Part shown: positions 48,584-60,211 of the stretch, in pieces
Layout of the letters: every line of letters begins with the position of its first letter
Position numbering within the stretch: the stretch's first letter is position 1
From: Chrysemys picta bellii
Lineage: Eukaryota
Direction: 5' to 3'
Assembly (NCBI RefSeq): GCF_011386835.1
Contig: NC_088794.1
Location: 144,212,001-144,276,000, forward strand
Length of the DNA stretch: 64,000 bases
Translations under genes and position numbers: made by a program
The notes under the pieces: generated by a model
Told to the model about the DNA's origin: nothing
The model's database searches: none
The model's input: the letters and a program-made list of their open reading frames with translations, nothing else

Positions 48584-48766
48584 GGGGGGAGGGATAGCTC
48601 AGTGGTTTGAGCATTGGCCTGCTAAACCCAGGGTTGGGAGTTCAATCCTTAAGGGGTCTGGGACAAAATCAGTACTTGGTCCTGCTAGTGAAGGCAGGGG
48701 GCTGGACTCAATGACCTTTCAAGGTCCCTTCCAGTTCTTGGAGATGGAATATCTCCATTTATTTAT
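48584..48766 (+). mobile_element. Turtle tRNA-derived (Pol III) SINE, second copy
   Basis: Same head and tail as 47422-47620, with a short internal deletion after the B box. Confidence 0.88.
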
Positions 48767-48922
48767 ATGTTTGTGTAGGCTGGCTTGCAAAAATATTTCT
48801 GATCATTATTTATCAGCTTATTGCCTTTTCAGATGTCCAGCACTCTAGCAACCAGGTGAAAAGAGGGTCACACGCTATCTTAATACTACTGGATTCTTTC
48901 AAAGACTTTCTGAAGACACAGT

Positions 48923-48998
48923 GAGTCAAATTTTCAGCTGGGTAAATCAGCATAGCTGATGGAGCTATGCCAGTTTACACCAGCTGGGGATGTGGCCC
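48923..48998. mobile_element. Short palindromic MITE (Chompy/Harbinger-like); related copies at about 61737-61801 and 62251-62328
   Basis: ...cagctgggtaaatc...gtttacaccagctggggatgtggccc; similar ggccagatcctcagctg ends in the other copies. Confidence 0.5.
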
Positions 48999-49433
48999 AC
49001 TATTTTTGTAAGAGTCACTCAAATGTTTTTTTTTTTTTTTAAATGGAGCCACCTAGACCTACATTTGCCTAAACTAAATAACCATGTGACACTGCTGTAA
49101 CCCTTGTCCTTCCTTGCCCCATCCGGTCCCTGCTGTGATCCTCACTAAAAACACATGTGCCAGCACAAATCAGTGGGACTCCGCGTGGGCCCATGCATCT
49201 GCCTTAGCAGATCTGATTGCAGGATCGAGGCTTCTTCTGGCTGTAAGCTCTTTTGAGCCAGGACTGTGTCTAATTGTGCTGGGAAATAACTTGGCATGTG
49301 TTTGGGTGCTGTGAAAATATTGATAATATTAAACAGAAGCAAATTGTTGCTGCATTAAAGCTTGGAAACTAAGAAAACATTTCTCACTTGAATTGAAAAT
49401 TGTCAAGACAGGCACATGTTTGTTGGGTGTACG

Positions 49434-49451
49434 TACACACACACACACACC
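49434..49451. repeat. (AC)n microsatellite
   Basis: acacacacacacacacac run. Confidence 0.8.
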
Positions 49452-49811
49452 ATGCCCACACACAAATACACACACACTCAGGATACTGAATAACAATGTA
49501 CTCCCCCACTGACACCAGACGGCCTTAGCACACATCTTATTGGCTGAGAATAACTTGAAGACAGAACATAATTACTTAGCAACTTCAGAAAGCTGATAGC
49601 TTTTCCAAATTAACCCATTCCTCGGTGTCACATACCCTATAAAACTGAGACAGCCTGGTTCAAATAATCAATCTGTCTTTCTGCATGAAGGAAATAAAAC
49701 CTGTTCTGGTAGCAAACCCAGTTAGTAGAGTCTGATGACACAGACGTATAAATCTTCAGCTTTGCAGGATCTTTCTCACTGTGGTTTTTGTCTTGGTTTC
49801 TGTTTGTCCAG

Positions 49812-50048
49812 AGGGGGAGGAAGAGGAGGATGAAGAAGAGGATGAAGAAGAGGAAGAGGAGGAAGACAGAGATACAGACTCAATGGAGGAAAGCATGGAG
49901 GGTGACACGGAGCTGCCAGGTTTCACTCTTCCTAGTGAAACTTCCCAGGAGCCTGTCGTTGGCATAGGAGACTCTGCAGCCCAGTTGGCAGGGGTATCTT
50001 ACCAAGTTCCAGACACCATTGAATGGGAACAGCAAAACCAGGGCCTTG
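49812..50048 (+). CDS. ARMH4: ARMH4 exon 5 (237 nt, phase 1-1): poly-acidic tract and conserved juxtamembrane region
   Basis: Acceptor tttgtccAG|AG; donor CTTG|GTAAGA; EGEEEEDEEED...GDTELPGFTLP...YQVPDTIEWEQQNQGL matches remembered human GDTELPGFTLP...YQVPDALEWEQQNQGL. Confidence 0.92.
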
Positions 50049-51339
50049 GTAAGAGCAACTCTTCTCTTCTTTCTTTAAGGGGGAGTGTTCCTTGTTTTGC
50101 CTTTTTTGCTCAGAACCCCCCCAGGCTGTATACTTAACTTATTCACTAAATCCAGAGTAGCATCACTGTAGTCAGTGCAAGTACTCCAGATAGACACCTG
50201 TGTCACCGGGATCAGAATCTGGCTCTGTGTCCCCAGTCGAATAACATCCCATTTAACGGAGAACCCACTCAGTGCACCCGTTCTAGCCCTTTGTTTCCAA
50301 AGCCTCGCACCGCATTACTCTGCGGACAGACTAGCTGGCTAAGGTAAGTGTTGAAAACTGAGCTTCAAAGGGAAAGTTGGGCGCCCTCTGCTGGAGGAGA
50401 GGTGCAGCAAAGTGAGGCCTGCTAGGACAGGGAAGAGTAACGGTTAGTCAAGCATTTTGCTACTGCTGCTGCATTCTTTTCAGTGCCGGTTTCCTGGCAT
50501 TTCGTGGGAGAGGTCTGTTCCAGGTACATGCGTCATGGTATGTGAGGCAGCACTGGTGAAGGTTACAAAGCAAGGCCTACATGAAATTATATTCAGTCTG
50601 TGCCCAGCTTATCTCTAGCCCTGGATTGCATGACCAGACCAGGTATCCCCACCTGGGCAAACCACCAGTCTAGGAAGGCCATGGCCTAGATCAGTCTCCT
50701 GGGCCTAACCATTGCAGCTTGCACTGTATGCGAAGTCACCAGCTGTTTGGTGATCTCTATTGCACAAGGCAACATAAAAACCTTCAAGGACAAGAGTCAG
50801 CCTCTTCTCCAAACTTCTTTGGTCACAGCTTTAGTTGTCTGCCTTATTGTCGACATGACATGAATTTCCCATCCTTGTACGCCGAAGCTGAACGTGTTAG
50901 GAATTGAAATGGGTGCTGGCAGCCATCTGAGGTGAGCGGTGGACCTGAGGTGTGGGCCAGTGGAAGGTTTAAGAAAGAGAGAGATCACCATTCTCGAGTC
51001 CTTTTATCTTCAGCCTCTATCATGTATTGTGTGATTAGAACTTGCACCTCTGCCAGGGGTTCAGTTCCTTGCATTTGGCAGTTCATTCCCCTGTAAATCC
51101 ATTTCCAACCTGCTCTGGGGGTGGTAGTTTCCTCTGAAGCATTTTTCGAGATCCTCAACTGCCAGGCTGCTCTTTCCCTGCTGAGGGCAGATTGAGTTTG
51201 AGTCTGATCTGACATCACTCTGGCTGACTAAATCTTGCTTGGAAAAACTGTTTCATGTTTCACGTGTAAAATCTGTTGCATGGGGTCTTATTAAACTGGA
51301 TAGGAGCAATGTGTGAAGTAAATAATTCTGATTCCTTAA

Positions 51340-52012
51340 CTCCTTGCTGGTTAATTTTAAAGAACTGGATTTAGAGGAAGGGGTTCAAAGCAGCCTAGGG
51401 AGGCTGTGCAGGGAGCAGCCAATCAGGGCCCAGTGGGCTTACATAAAAGGAGCTGCTGGGACAGAGACACTCAGTACCTGCAGGGAGTCCAAGGGGAAAG
51501 GACTGTGTTCCCAGCAGGCTGCAGGAAGTTAGCACCTTGGACAGAGCAGTTGCTGGCAGGGACTGGGGGAGCAAGAGGGAGCTCCTGGCTGGCTGCTGGG
51601 ACTTGCAGGCTGGAAGCCCTGAAAAGAGGGCGAAAAAGGTGCTGGGGCTGCAGGGGAAGGAATTGAAGCAGTATTGCCAGAGAAGTTAAGGAGAAGCAGC
51701 AGAAGGCTGCTGTCTACAGGGTCCCTGGGCTGGGATCCAAAGTAATGGGGTCACTAGGGAAGTGGCTGGACTATAGAACTGGGAGATACTTTCTTCCCCC
51801 CATCACCCCTCCCCCCCCAAAGGGGGAAACATGGATGGTGGCATGGCTGGAGGGTGGAATGATGAAAAGGACACTGTGGTTCCTGGGCTGAGACAGGTCT
51901 GCAGGCGGAAAAGATGGCAGTAGAGGCACCACCAGGAGAGGGTTTGCTGGCTGAAAGAGCTAATCCCTGAGACAACCAGCAGGAAGCACCTCTCTGGTGA
52001 GTGGCCCTTGAC
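51340..52012 (+). mobile_element. Probable solo LTR (boundaries approximate)
   Basis: gcagCCAATcag at about 51418 and acATAAAAgg at about 51440; purine-rich body; end cagcaggaagcacc..ggtgagtggccc resembles turtle LTR ends from memory. Confidence 0.55.
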
Positions 52013-52593
52013 TAAAGTAGGATGAATGATCCCTGGAATATAGATTATATGGGTTATTTTCTCCAGAGAATTTATACAGCTCCTCGCCAGTTCCTCTTCC
52101 CTCTCTTCAGAGCACAAATGAAGCACTTAAAATGTCTGTTGATATCAACAGCTATGTTCCTCATAACAAATGAAAAATGTACATTTGGACCATCACTTTG
52201 TCTTCTTGGTCTGTTTTCCAGAGTCTGTTCAAGCTGTGTCTAGTTGAAAGTCTTAGATCTAAAAGAAGACAAACAATCAGGTTTCTCTTGTTGAACCAGA
52301 ATCAGCCTCCAAATACATCTAAACATTAACAATCCTATCTGCCTTCTTGTAATGACACCTGCCATAGTAACTTCTGAGTAACTCCTACATGAAAATATCT
52401 AGAATCACAAAAATAAGCCTGTGGTTAAATTGTCCGGGTGTGTTGTTTTGTTTTTCCCAAAGGCAACTTCTACTTTCTCTAGTCATATCTCCTTTCAATG
52501 ACTGATGCAATAAAAAGGCTTATGACCCCGTCCTGCAAACACTATCCAGCGTAGTGCTCAGTGGAACTACACATAGTAGTAAGCATTATGTAA

Positions 52594-53829
52594 GGGCTTG
52601 TCTGCACAATGAATTGTTCCTGATCAGCTCCATGTTTGGACACTCTTATTATGGAATATGAGTTTCCACCTGTGGAGTCATTCAGGAATATTGATTGTAT
52701 TTTAAATTCATACCCTTCTGTACCGATGCTGGTTCTGGTGGGACCCAACTGAGAGTGCCAATTCAGGACAAATTGCTTAAAGCAGGACAGTTACAGCCCA
52801 AGGCTGGGGTTTTTCCACCCTAAGGCAAACCAAACCAGCCAGAGAAAGAGGATTTTGGTCTCACCCCACTGGCTAACCACAAGTCCCTTAGACACTCCAG
52901 TTTCCCAGTATCACCACCAGTGCCACTCGTTATGGGGACAAATGATTGTGAAAACCAATGCCCCAGTAAAAGAAAAAAGTTTTCTCGATCCCAAAAGACC
53001 AAACCCCAGACCCAGGTCAATCTACAAATCAGATCTTACCCACAAATCACGCTGTTGCCAATCCTTTAGAATCTAAAATCTAAAGGTTTATTCATAAAAG
53101 GAAAAAGATATAGATGAGAGCTAGAATTGGTTAAATGGAATCAATTACATACAGTAATGGTGAAATTCTTGGTTCAGGCTTGTAGCAGTGATGGAATAAA
53201 CTGCAGGTTCAAATAAAGTCTCTGGAGTACATCCACAGCTGGGATGGGTCATCAGTCCTTTGTGTCGAGCTTCCATTTGTAGCAAAGTCCCTCCAGAGGT
53301 AAGAAGCAGGATTGAAGACAAGATGGAGATGAGGCATCAGCCTTTTATAGTCTTTTCCAGGTGTAAGAACGACTTTTTGTTCTTACTGTGGAAAATTACA
53401 GCAAAATGGAGTCTGGAGTCACATGGGCAAGTCCCTGCATACTTTGCTGAGTTACAAGGCGTATCTGCCTTCTCTCAGTGGGTCAGTTGTATAGCTGATG
53501 GTCCTTAATGGGCCATCAAGCAGGCTAGACAGAGCTGACACCAACTTGTCTGGGGGTGTCACCCAGAAGCATAGCAGAAGTTTGAAATACAGACAGTATA
53601 GAGCCAATATTCATAATTGCAACTACAAAATTGATACACATATACAGATAGCAAAACCAGAACCAGCAAACCAGAACCTTGTCTTAGACACCCTATTTGA
53701 CCCCCTTTATACAAGATTTGGTGCCACTACAGGACTTTGGTTGCAGCAATGATCTATAGGGTCCCAGTCCATGTCAATAACGTCACACCTTCCTTAATCA
53801 AAAATCAACTTTCAACTGTAGACAAGCCC
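52594..53829. mobile_element. PIF/Harbinger MITE split by a solo LTR
   Basis: TIRs gggcttgtctgcac / tgtagacaagccc; flanks TAA and TTA; MITE sequence on both sides of the LTR. Confidence 0.75.
52719..53787 (-). mobile_element. Complete solo LTR (1069 bp)
   Basis: TG...CA termini (tgtacc.../...gtcaca); perfect 5-bp TSD CCTTC at 52714-52718 and 53788-53792; TTTATT on + (AATAAA on -) near 53087 suggests - orientation. Confidence 0.88.
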
Positions 53830-55597
53830 TTAGTGTTTGCATGATTGGGCCTTCAGAGAGAAATGCAATTCACACTTAGGCCTAGGCACAATGGGTCCAA
53901 GCGATGACTCTGTTGCTCGGTTTTTACACTCAGCTGAAACCAAAGAAGTTACACAGTGTAATACTGGAGGAGGGTAGTCGTCAATTAAGCCCAATATATT
54001 AAAAGTAAAAATTTGATAGTCCCTAGTGAGGTGGAAAAGAAAAATCTGAATCTACACAGGCCATCTGGTGTTAGTCAGTTAGAAGAGTTAATAAGATCCA
54101 CATGGTTCAGTAGGAAATACCTTGATTATTGATTCCATAATAGAAATGAAGTTGGAGGCAAAGATAAAAGGAAGTATGGGTAGTATCCAGCAGCTTCTGC
54201 CAGGCTGTAGCGTAGAACAGCACAAAAGTGGAGCAGCCTTGGGAACTCTCAGAAGATGTGGGAATTGGATTGTGCTTAACAGCACTCCAAGGGGTTAATT
54301 CTGAAAAAAAACTGCTATGAGAAAGAGATGAAATCAAGCTTCTGCTTGGGATAATAAATGTATCTTTATAAACCTATCAAGGTAAGGGGAAAACAGAAAG
54401 GGTCTTTTTCACACACATGTAATAAGAAATCTGAGCTAATTTTTGGTCCGACATTGTTGGCTGAATATATCGAGAAACAGCAATATGGCAACATTTTCAA
54501 ATAGCAGCTTTGAAATAGCAGCTTCTTCCAAAAGGTTTATGTGGCCAGTTAAAGCTATGTCAGAGTAAGTTTGGCTAGATCAATTTACTAGCCATCCTTA
54601 CCTATTACCTCCAGTTGTGCCGAGAGACTTAGAAATATTTGCTCATACAAAAAGCCACATCTGTCTAGGCCTTCATTCTTCCCATCAACGACAACAACAA
54701 AAAGGGGATTTTTGTCAGGCATGACGGTAAACTAGGGTCAGCCACTAGCACCGACAACCAAGTTATTAGGCACTTCCCTCCGCAGAATATTTTTTTCCAT
54801 TTCAGCCTTGAGTTTTAGAAGCAGCAGAGAATTCCTTTGCCGGTTCAATGGGACAATGGGGAAACCCCATATCAATGTCCAGAATGATGTATACAAGAGG
54901 TTCCGGCTCAGATCTTATTGACGGAGAGCAGTTTCAAATCAGTTACACAAGGACACAGATTAACTAACAAGGCCCAGTGATACAGTGTAAACCTAGGAGG
55001 GGCTAAGCCCTTCCCAAAGGCTACTGTAATTCCATATTCTGTTCCTAGGTATCCCCGCAGTGCAGAGATCTTTTGGAATCAAAGGATCTGAATCCCTAAG
55101 CTAGCCAGCCCTCCCGTGAAACGACAGCCTCAGCAGTAGAACAGGCTGAAGCACAGAATACCTGAAGATCAGGCCAAAGGTAGTACGGGTGGCTTCCACG
55201 TATAAAGTTTTGTGTAAGCAGGGCTGAGGAGAGTCATGCCACCTGCAGCTGTTTATTACAGACTGTTGGGTGAAGCTAGGCAGCCCGCTGATGCCAACTA
55301 CCCAGTCTGCAATCCTCCTGCAGTTTAAAAACTAGTCTAGCCTGGCTTACTCCCTGCTAGACCGCAATGAAATCAGGATCAGCTCAAAGATGAGCTCCTT
55401 TTGTACGCTGCTCCCCTGCCTGGGAGCTGATAATGAATAGGAGGGTAAAGCCAGGCAAATCAATGGAGTCACCTGCTTGCTACAACCCTTATCTCCCTCT
55501 CTTGGTCAATTTGATATAGGCATTTGCAGTCTCTCTCCAGTTATAAAGTAATGACTCATCCCCCAACAAGAGTCTGATTAAACCACGTGCATTGATG

Positions 55598-55650
55598 AAA
55601 GAACAGGAGTACTTGTGGCACCTTAGAGACTAACAAATTTATTAGAGCAT
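55598..55650 (-). mobile_element. 53-bp fragment of the Penelope-like terminus seen at 860-1074
   Basis: aagaacaggagtacttgtggcaccttagagactaacaaatttattagagcat is identical to 900-951. Confidence 0.85.
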
Positions 55651-55659
55651 TTTTTTTTA

Positions 55660-55941
55660 TGAGTCATTCCTGTGCTAGGCTCCGGCCAATCCAGAAGCCA
55701 GGAGCTGGTCTGGTGACTCTTAGGGGAGGTATATAAGCCTACCAGGAGAAATGGCAGCTTAGTACTGTGCAATGTTGCTTCATGGCTTAGAATTCTCTCC
55801 TTCCTGGTAGTGATAACAGACTCTACAAGTGTTAGCTTGCTCCAGCCCTGCTCTTGTTCCGGTCTTGTTCTAACATCATTCTGGACTCCTGGTTCTGGCT
55901 CTGACCATTAGGCCTGTCCATCCCCTTCGTGGTTTCTGACA
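55660..55941 (+). mobile_element. Probable LTR 3' portion
   Basis: CCAAT 55686-55690, TATATAA 55730-55736, terminus ...tgaCA. Confidence 0.5.
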
Positions 55942-58354
55942 CCAGTTACTCAGGGATAGGTGGGGGAGGTACAAAAGTCTCAGATGGCTTAGATGGATCT
56001 TGCATGAGCCAATAAGAGCCCTTTATGATGAGGAAGGGAAGGGCGCAAAGGGGATGGTGCTGGAAGGTTTTTGATGTTTTAGAGGTTCACTGTAGTTCTC
56101 ATCTGATCCTGATTTGGAACTTGCTGCTTTTTAAACCATTTAATATATGAGAGAGTTGGGCTATTGAAGTGAAAAACCAAAAACTTAGTCAAACATACTC
56201 ACCCTGGTATTTGAGTGGTTGAGGTCTCTATCCCTGCTGCTGGTGGGGGGTGTGGACTAGCAGCAGCTGTTACAGGGATGTGCAGGAGGCAGGTGCAGTT
56301 AAAGTGTCCACTAGCACATTACCAAAAATGTCTAGTATTTTGGAGTTTCTAGGAATGCCGTGGGCCTGCTCCCATCGGCGTTACCTTGAAAGATCATGCC
56401 TCATGGAGAATGCCATTTTGAAGAGCATGCCCTAGATTGTGCGGGTTACACACCTGCCCTGCCCCAGGTGGGGGCGGAACGGTGAGCTCTTCAAAATGGT
56501 GTCCTCTGTGCCTGATACCAGATTGGTTTTAAATCAGTACTGGATGTGGACTAACCAGAATAATGCAGGACTGTATGTTTTAAAACCGGACGAACGGCCT
56601 GCCTAGGTGCAATGTCTTTGGAAGCGCACTCGGCAGCTGCCAGACCATGATCCGGGCACGCTATACCAGCCGAGCGCTGCTGACTAGCATTGAGGGGTTG
56701 GGGTCTTGGCTCTGCTCTAACCTGCCTGTCTCTGTACTTTTTGAGACAGTTTCCTTGTGTTGCCCATCTGTCTATATCCACCTGCTGTCTCTTGGATTAT
56801 ACTTGGACTATAAGATCTCTATTCTGTTTGTAGGCGCTACTGCAATATAAATAATAATGGTGCTTTTTTATATCTGAAATTTAAAGATCTTTTCTTGTAT
56901 TTCATAGTACAGGCAATATTCTTGTCTCCTTCCTCTGTCCCGTAATTTATTCACCCCAGACAGCTCAGTTTCACTTAGAAGTAACATTTAGTATTCAGTG
57001 ACGGCCTGCTTCTACAACTGGTCTCCTTGGAGTTTCCAGAAGCTCCAGTAACTTTCCCCAGGTCCCAGTTATTCACCCAGGATTAGAATCCCAGATCCTC
57101 CTGGCTCCTAGACTTTTGCTTTGATCCTTCAGCTGTGTGGCCTTCTGTATAGATGCAAGAGCTGTTATATCAGAGGACAGCGCTTATTCTCAGGGGATGA
57201 GAGACACTCCTGGGCAGAAGGCCTGCCTACGTACCATTTACATCCCACGTAAGCCCTCCGGAAGAGTAGGATGTAAGTGTGCATCAGCCTTCAGCTGATT
57301 CCTTATAAGGGGGAATTCACTTCTGATACTAATCTTGAACCCCAAAGTGTTTGTTCTGATTGCACGGTGACTAAGGGAAAAATGGGTGGAGAGAGATCAC
57401 TTGTGGCTAGTACCATGCACCGATATTGTGCTTTATTGAGAACTTCTGCTTTAAAAGATTCCTATCTGCTGAGCCAGAATTGACTAAAACTAAACATACC
57501 CTCCCCCATATTGTGTGTCCAAATAAAAGCATGTAGAACCGTGGAGCTTAAAGTTCTTCTGGAAGGGCTCCTTTTTGATAAACATACAAATCCTACCCTC
57601 TGTGAGGGCTAGACAGGAACATCTATTGGAAATAAGTGTGTTTGGGTTGCCAATAACAAAATAATTCCTTCAAACCTCAAGCCAGTGTTGTTCACAGAGA
57701 TGTTGGAATCGGCATTACTCAGTGAGCGGGATCGATAGGATGAATATTGCCCCAGGTTTCTTTTCTTTGTTTTTGAAGAGCTCTAATCATAGCCTCATAC
57801 AAACCTGGGAAAATAAGAAAGGGTTTCAGTAAAGCATTATTTCTTTTAATTTATTGGCAGTGCCGTCTGTGCTTGAAGCTTTATTCATCTAAAGTGAGTC
57901 CCACAACTCTACCAAGTTTTTTTCCAATTCGGTTTGGGTTGCTTTTTCTCTCCTTGGTCTTGAATATAAAACGAACTTTCTAGCTGAAGTGTCCGCACAA
58001 TTGAACTTTCCCTTTCTGGGTAGGTAAACACGCATCTTGATAAAGCTTTTTTAGAATTTTGTTAACACAATTGCAGGTACTGGGCTCTGCTCTAAGAACT
58101 CAAGGTCCTTTCCTTTCACTTGATTGGAGTAGCTAAGAGATTCTGTCCTTATTACCTCTTTCACGTGGATATTGTCTTCTGAAGTGTGAGGTAATCTGAT
58201 CTTTTCACCACATGTCGTCCAACTGGAGATAACTTCCCAGTGAACATGACCTCGATTATTACTATCTCCATTTTATGGGCCCCGAGAGCTTAAGCAACTT
58301 GCCCAAGTCACACAGCAGACCGAAAGGGATGGAAGTCAGGTCTCCTGCTGCGAT

Positions 58355-58794
58355 CGTATAGCTACACTGCAGTCATGGGTGTGATTGCCGCTCTTGTAGA
58401 CATACCTGAGCTAGCTTTCATCTAGCTAGCATATGAAGACTCACCAGCACCAGGGCCGGCTCCAGCTTTTTTTGCCGCCCCAAGCGGCGAAGAAAAAAAA
58501 AAGGGCCGCGATTGGCGGCACTTCGGCGGCAGCTCTACTGCGCCACTTCATTCTTCGACGTGCCGCCCCTGTCCATTGGCCGCCCCAAGCACCTGCTTCC
58601 TGCACTGGTGCCTGGAGCCGGCCCTGACCAGCACAGACTTTAGCATGGACTGTACAAACCGACCTGGATAATTACTCAGGCAGCTAGGCTGCACTGAAAC
58701 ATGTACTGCTGCAGTATCACTGTTCCGGTAGCCATGTTAGCTAGATCAAAGCTAGTTTGCAATCATACCCTGAGACTGGTGTGTAGACATACCC
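58355..58794. mobile_element. PIF/Harbinger MITE hosting a nested hAT MITE
   Basis: Degenerate left TIR (cgtatagctacactgcag), right TIR gtgtagacataccc. Confidence 0.65.
58451..58626. mobile_element. hAT (Tip100/MER45-like) MITE
   Basis: Perfect 15-bp TIRs CAGGGCCGGCTCCAG / CTGGAGCCGGCCCTG; perfect 8-bp TSD ACCAGCAC at 58443-58450 and 58627-58634. Confidence 0.92.
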
Positions 58795-58808
58795 TGCTCT
58801 AACAGCTA

Positions 58809-58895
58809 GAACACATAAGAACATAAGAATGGCCATCTTGGGTCAGACCAAAGGTCCATCTAGCCCATTATCACTGTCTACCAACAGTGACCAAC
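58809..58895 (-). mobile_element. CR1 3' tail fragment
   Basis: cataagaacataagaatggccatcttgggtcagaccaaaggtccatctagccc. Confidence 0.8.
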
Positions 58896-60019
58896 ACACT
58901 GCCTCTTGTTCTCTTCCTTCCGACTCAGTACTGGACCAAAGCTCCAGTATGATGCTAAGCAGCATTCTGCTGTTGGAGGCGGTGACATTTCATGTAATAA
59001 CTAATACAGTCATTCTGGAGATGTAAAGGTGAGGACTGACCATCTTGCAGTCAGTAAGAAAAACACACTGCTTCTTGCAAGTGCTGGGGTTAACAATGCT
59101 ATCCTAGGGTTAGCTTAGCCGCAGTTCCTTGGCTAAATTCCAGTTACATAATTACAGTGATCCTACCTCAAATTCCCCTGCAGTTTCAATTGGATATGGT
59201 ATTCCTCAATTTCTTTTTTAAAAAATGCTGAGATGCATTGCGGTCTAATGAACTGAGACAGGAATTCCTGACCACCTCTACTGAACCACCTACAACACTT
59301 GGTTGGACCTAGGTTTTACCTGGAGCTGACTCATCCAAGTATTAGTGAGGGCTGACCTTGCATAGTCGATGAAAATATGAGGTAATGTAGTTTTAAGGTC
59401 ATATAGATGCAGTTAATTCATTCCTATTGAAAGGAGAGAAACAGTCCTTGAAAGAGAAATATTTTCACCACCAATCAGGTGAAGTACATGGAGAATCAAT
59501 GGAAGTTTCCCTTAAATGGGGTTCAGATGTGTTGGGTGGAGCAGTTTAGTGAGACTTCCCTGAGTGGTGAGAGTGCACTTCAGTCTCCATGGCCATTAAA
59601 TTCTTGCCCTCTCTGCTGATACTGCCAACTAGTACTAACTGTGATGTTAGTTTATATGGGCATCTGTTCACTTGGAAATCTGAGTGACTCCACCAGCTCA
59701 TTTCACATCTGCTGACAACTGTCATTACCAGGCTGAGCAGGAATCGAACCAGTGAGCTCAGGTGAAAGGGTCCATATTATCATCGCTGCGCTTGATTCAT
59801 CCACAAATTAAGCTGTTCAGCTATTCAGTCCCCTTCTGCAGTCTCCTCTGTGTCGGTTCCCAAATTTTGTAACATGCTTACACAGCAGTCGTGCTATTCA
59901 GCAAACAATACATTAGATTGGATTGCATTGCATATTGCAACCATTCGTACAACAAATGTGCCATTTTGCATCAAATGTATTGTGTGACCGTGTGATGAGA
60001 GCCCTTGGAATGGTGTTAA

Positions 60020-60211
60020 CATCCCTGTTGGAATCTCCCATCGGTATAAACCCCCCCACCCCTCCGAGCAGCATAAGCTACGTTGGCGGGAGAAGCTCTC
60101 CTGCTGTCATAGCGCTCTGCACATGAGCGCTTATATTGGGGTAACAATGGAATATTCACCCCCTGAGTGACACAAGTTTTGCCAACATAGGCCGGTAGTG
60201 TCGACATAGCC
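60020..60211. mobile_element. PIF/Harbinger MITE, right part
   Basis: Ends gtgtcgacatagcc followed by TAA; internal similarity to 38226-38716. Confidence 0.6.

Noticed and set aside
49756-49965. Poly-Ser ORF on the - strand (similarly 15632-15946 on +)
   Set aside because: Antisense shadows of acidic GAR-codon tracts.
18778-50048. Alternative identity as PODXL2/endoglycan or another mucin-like sialoprotein
   Set aside because: The specific motifs (DDWDDTKL, YGLDRLESE, GDTELPGFTLP, EWEQQNQGL) match ARMH4 as remembered, not PODXL2.
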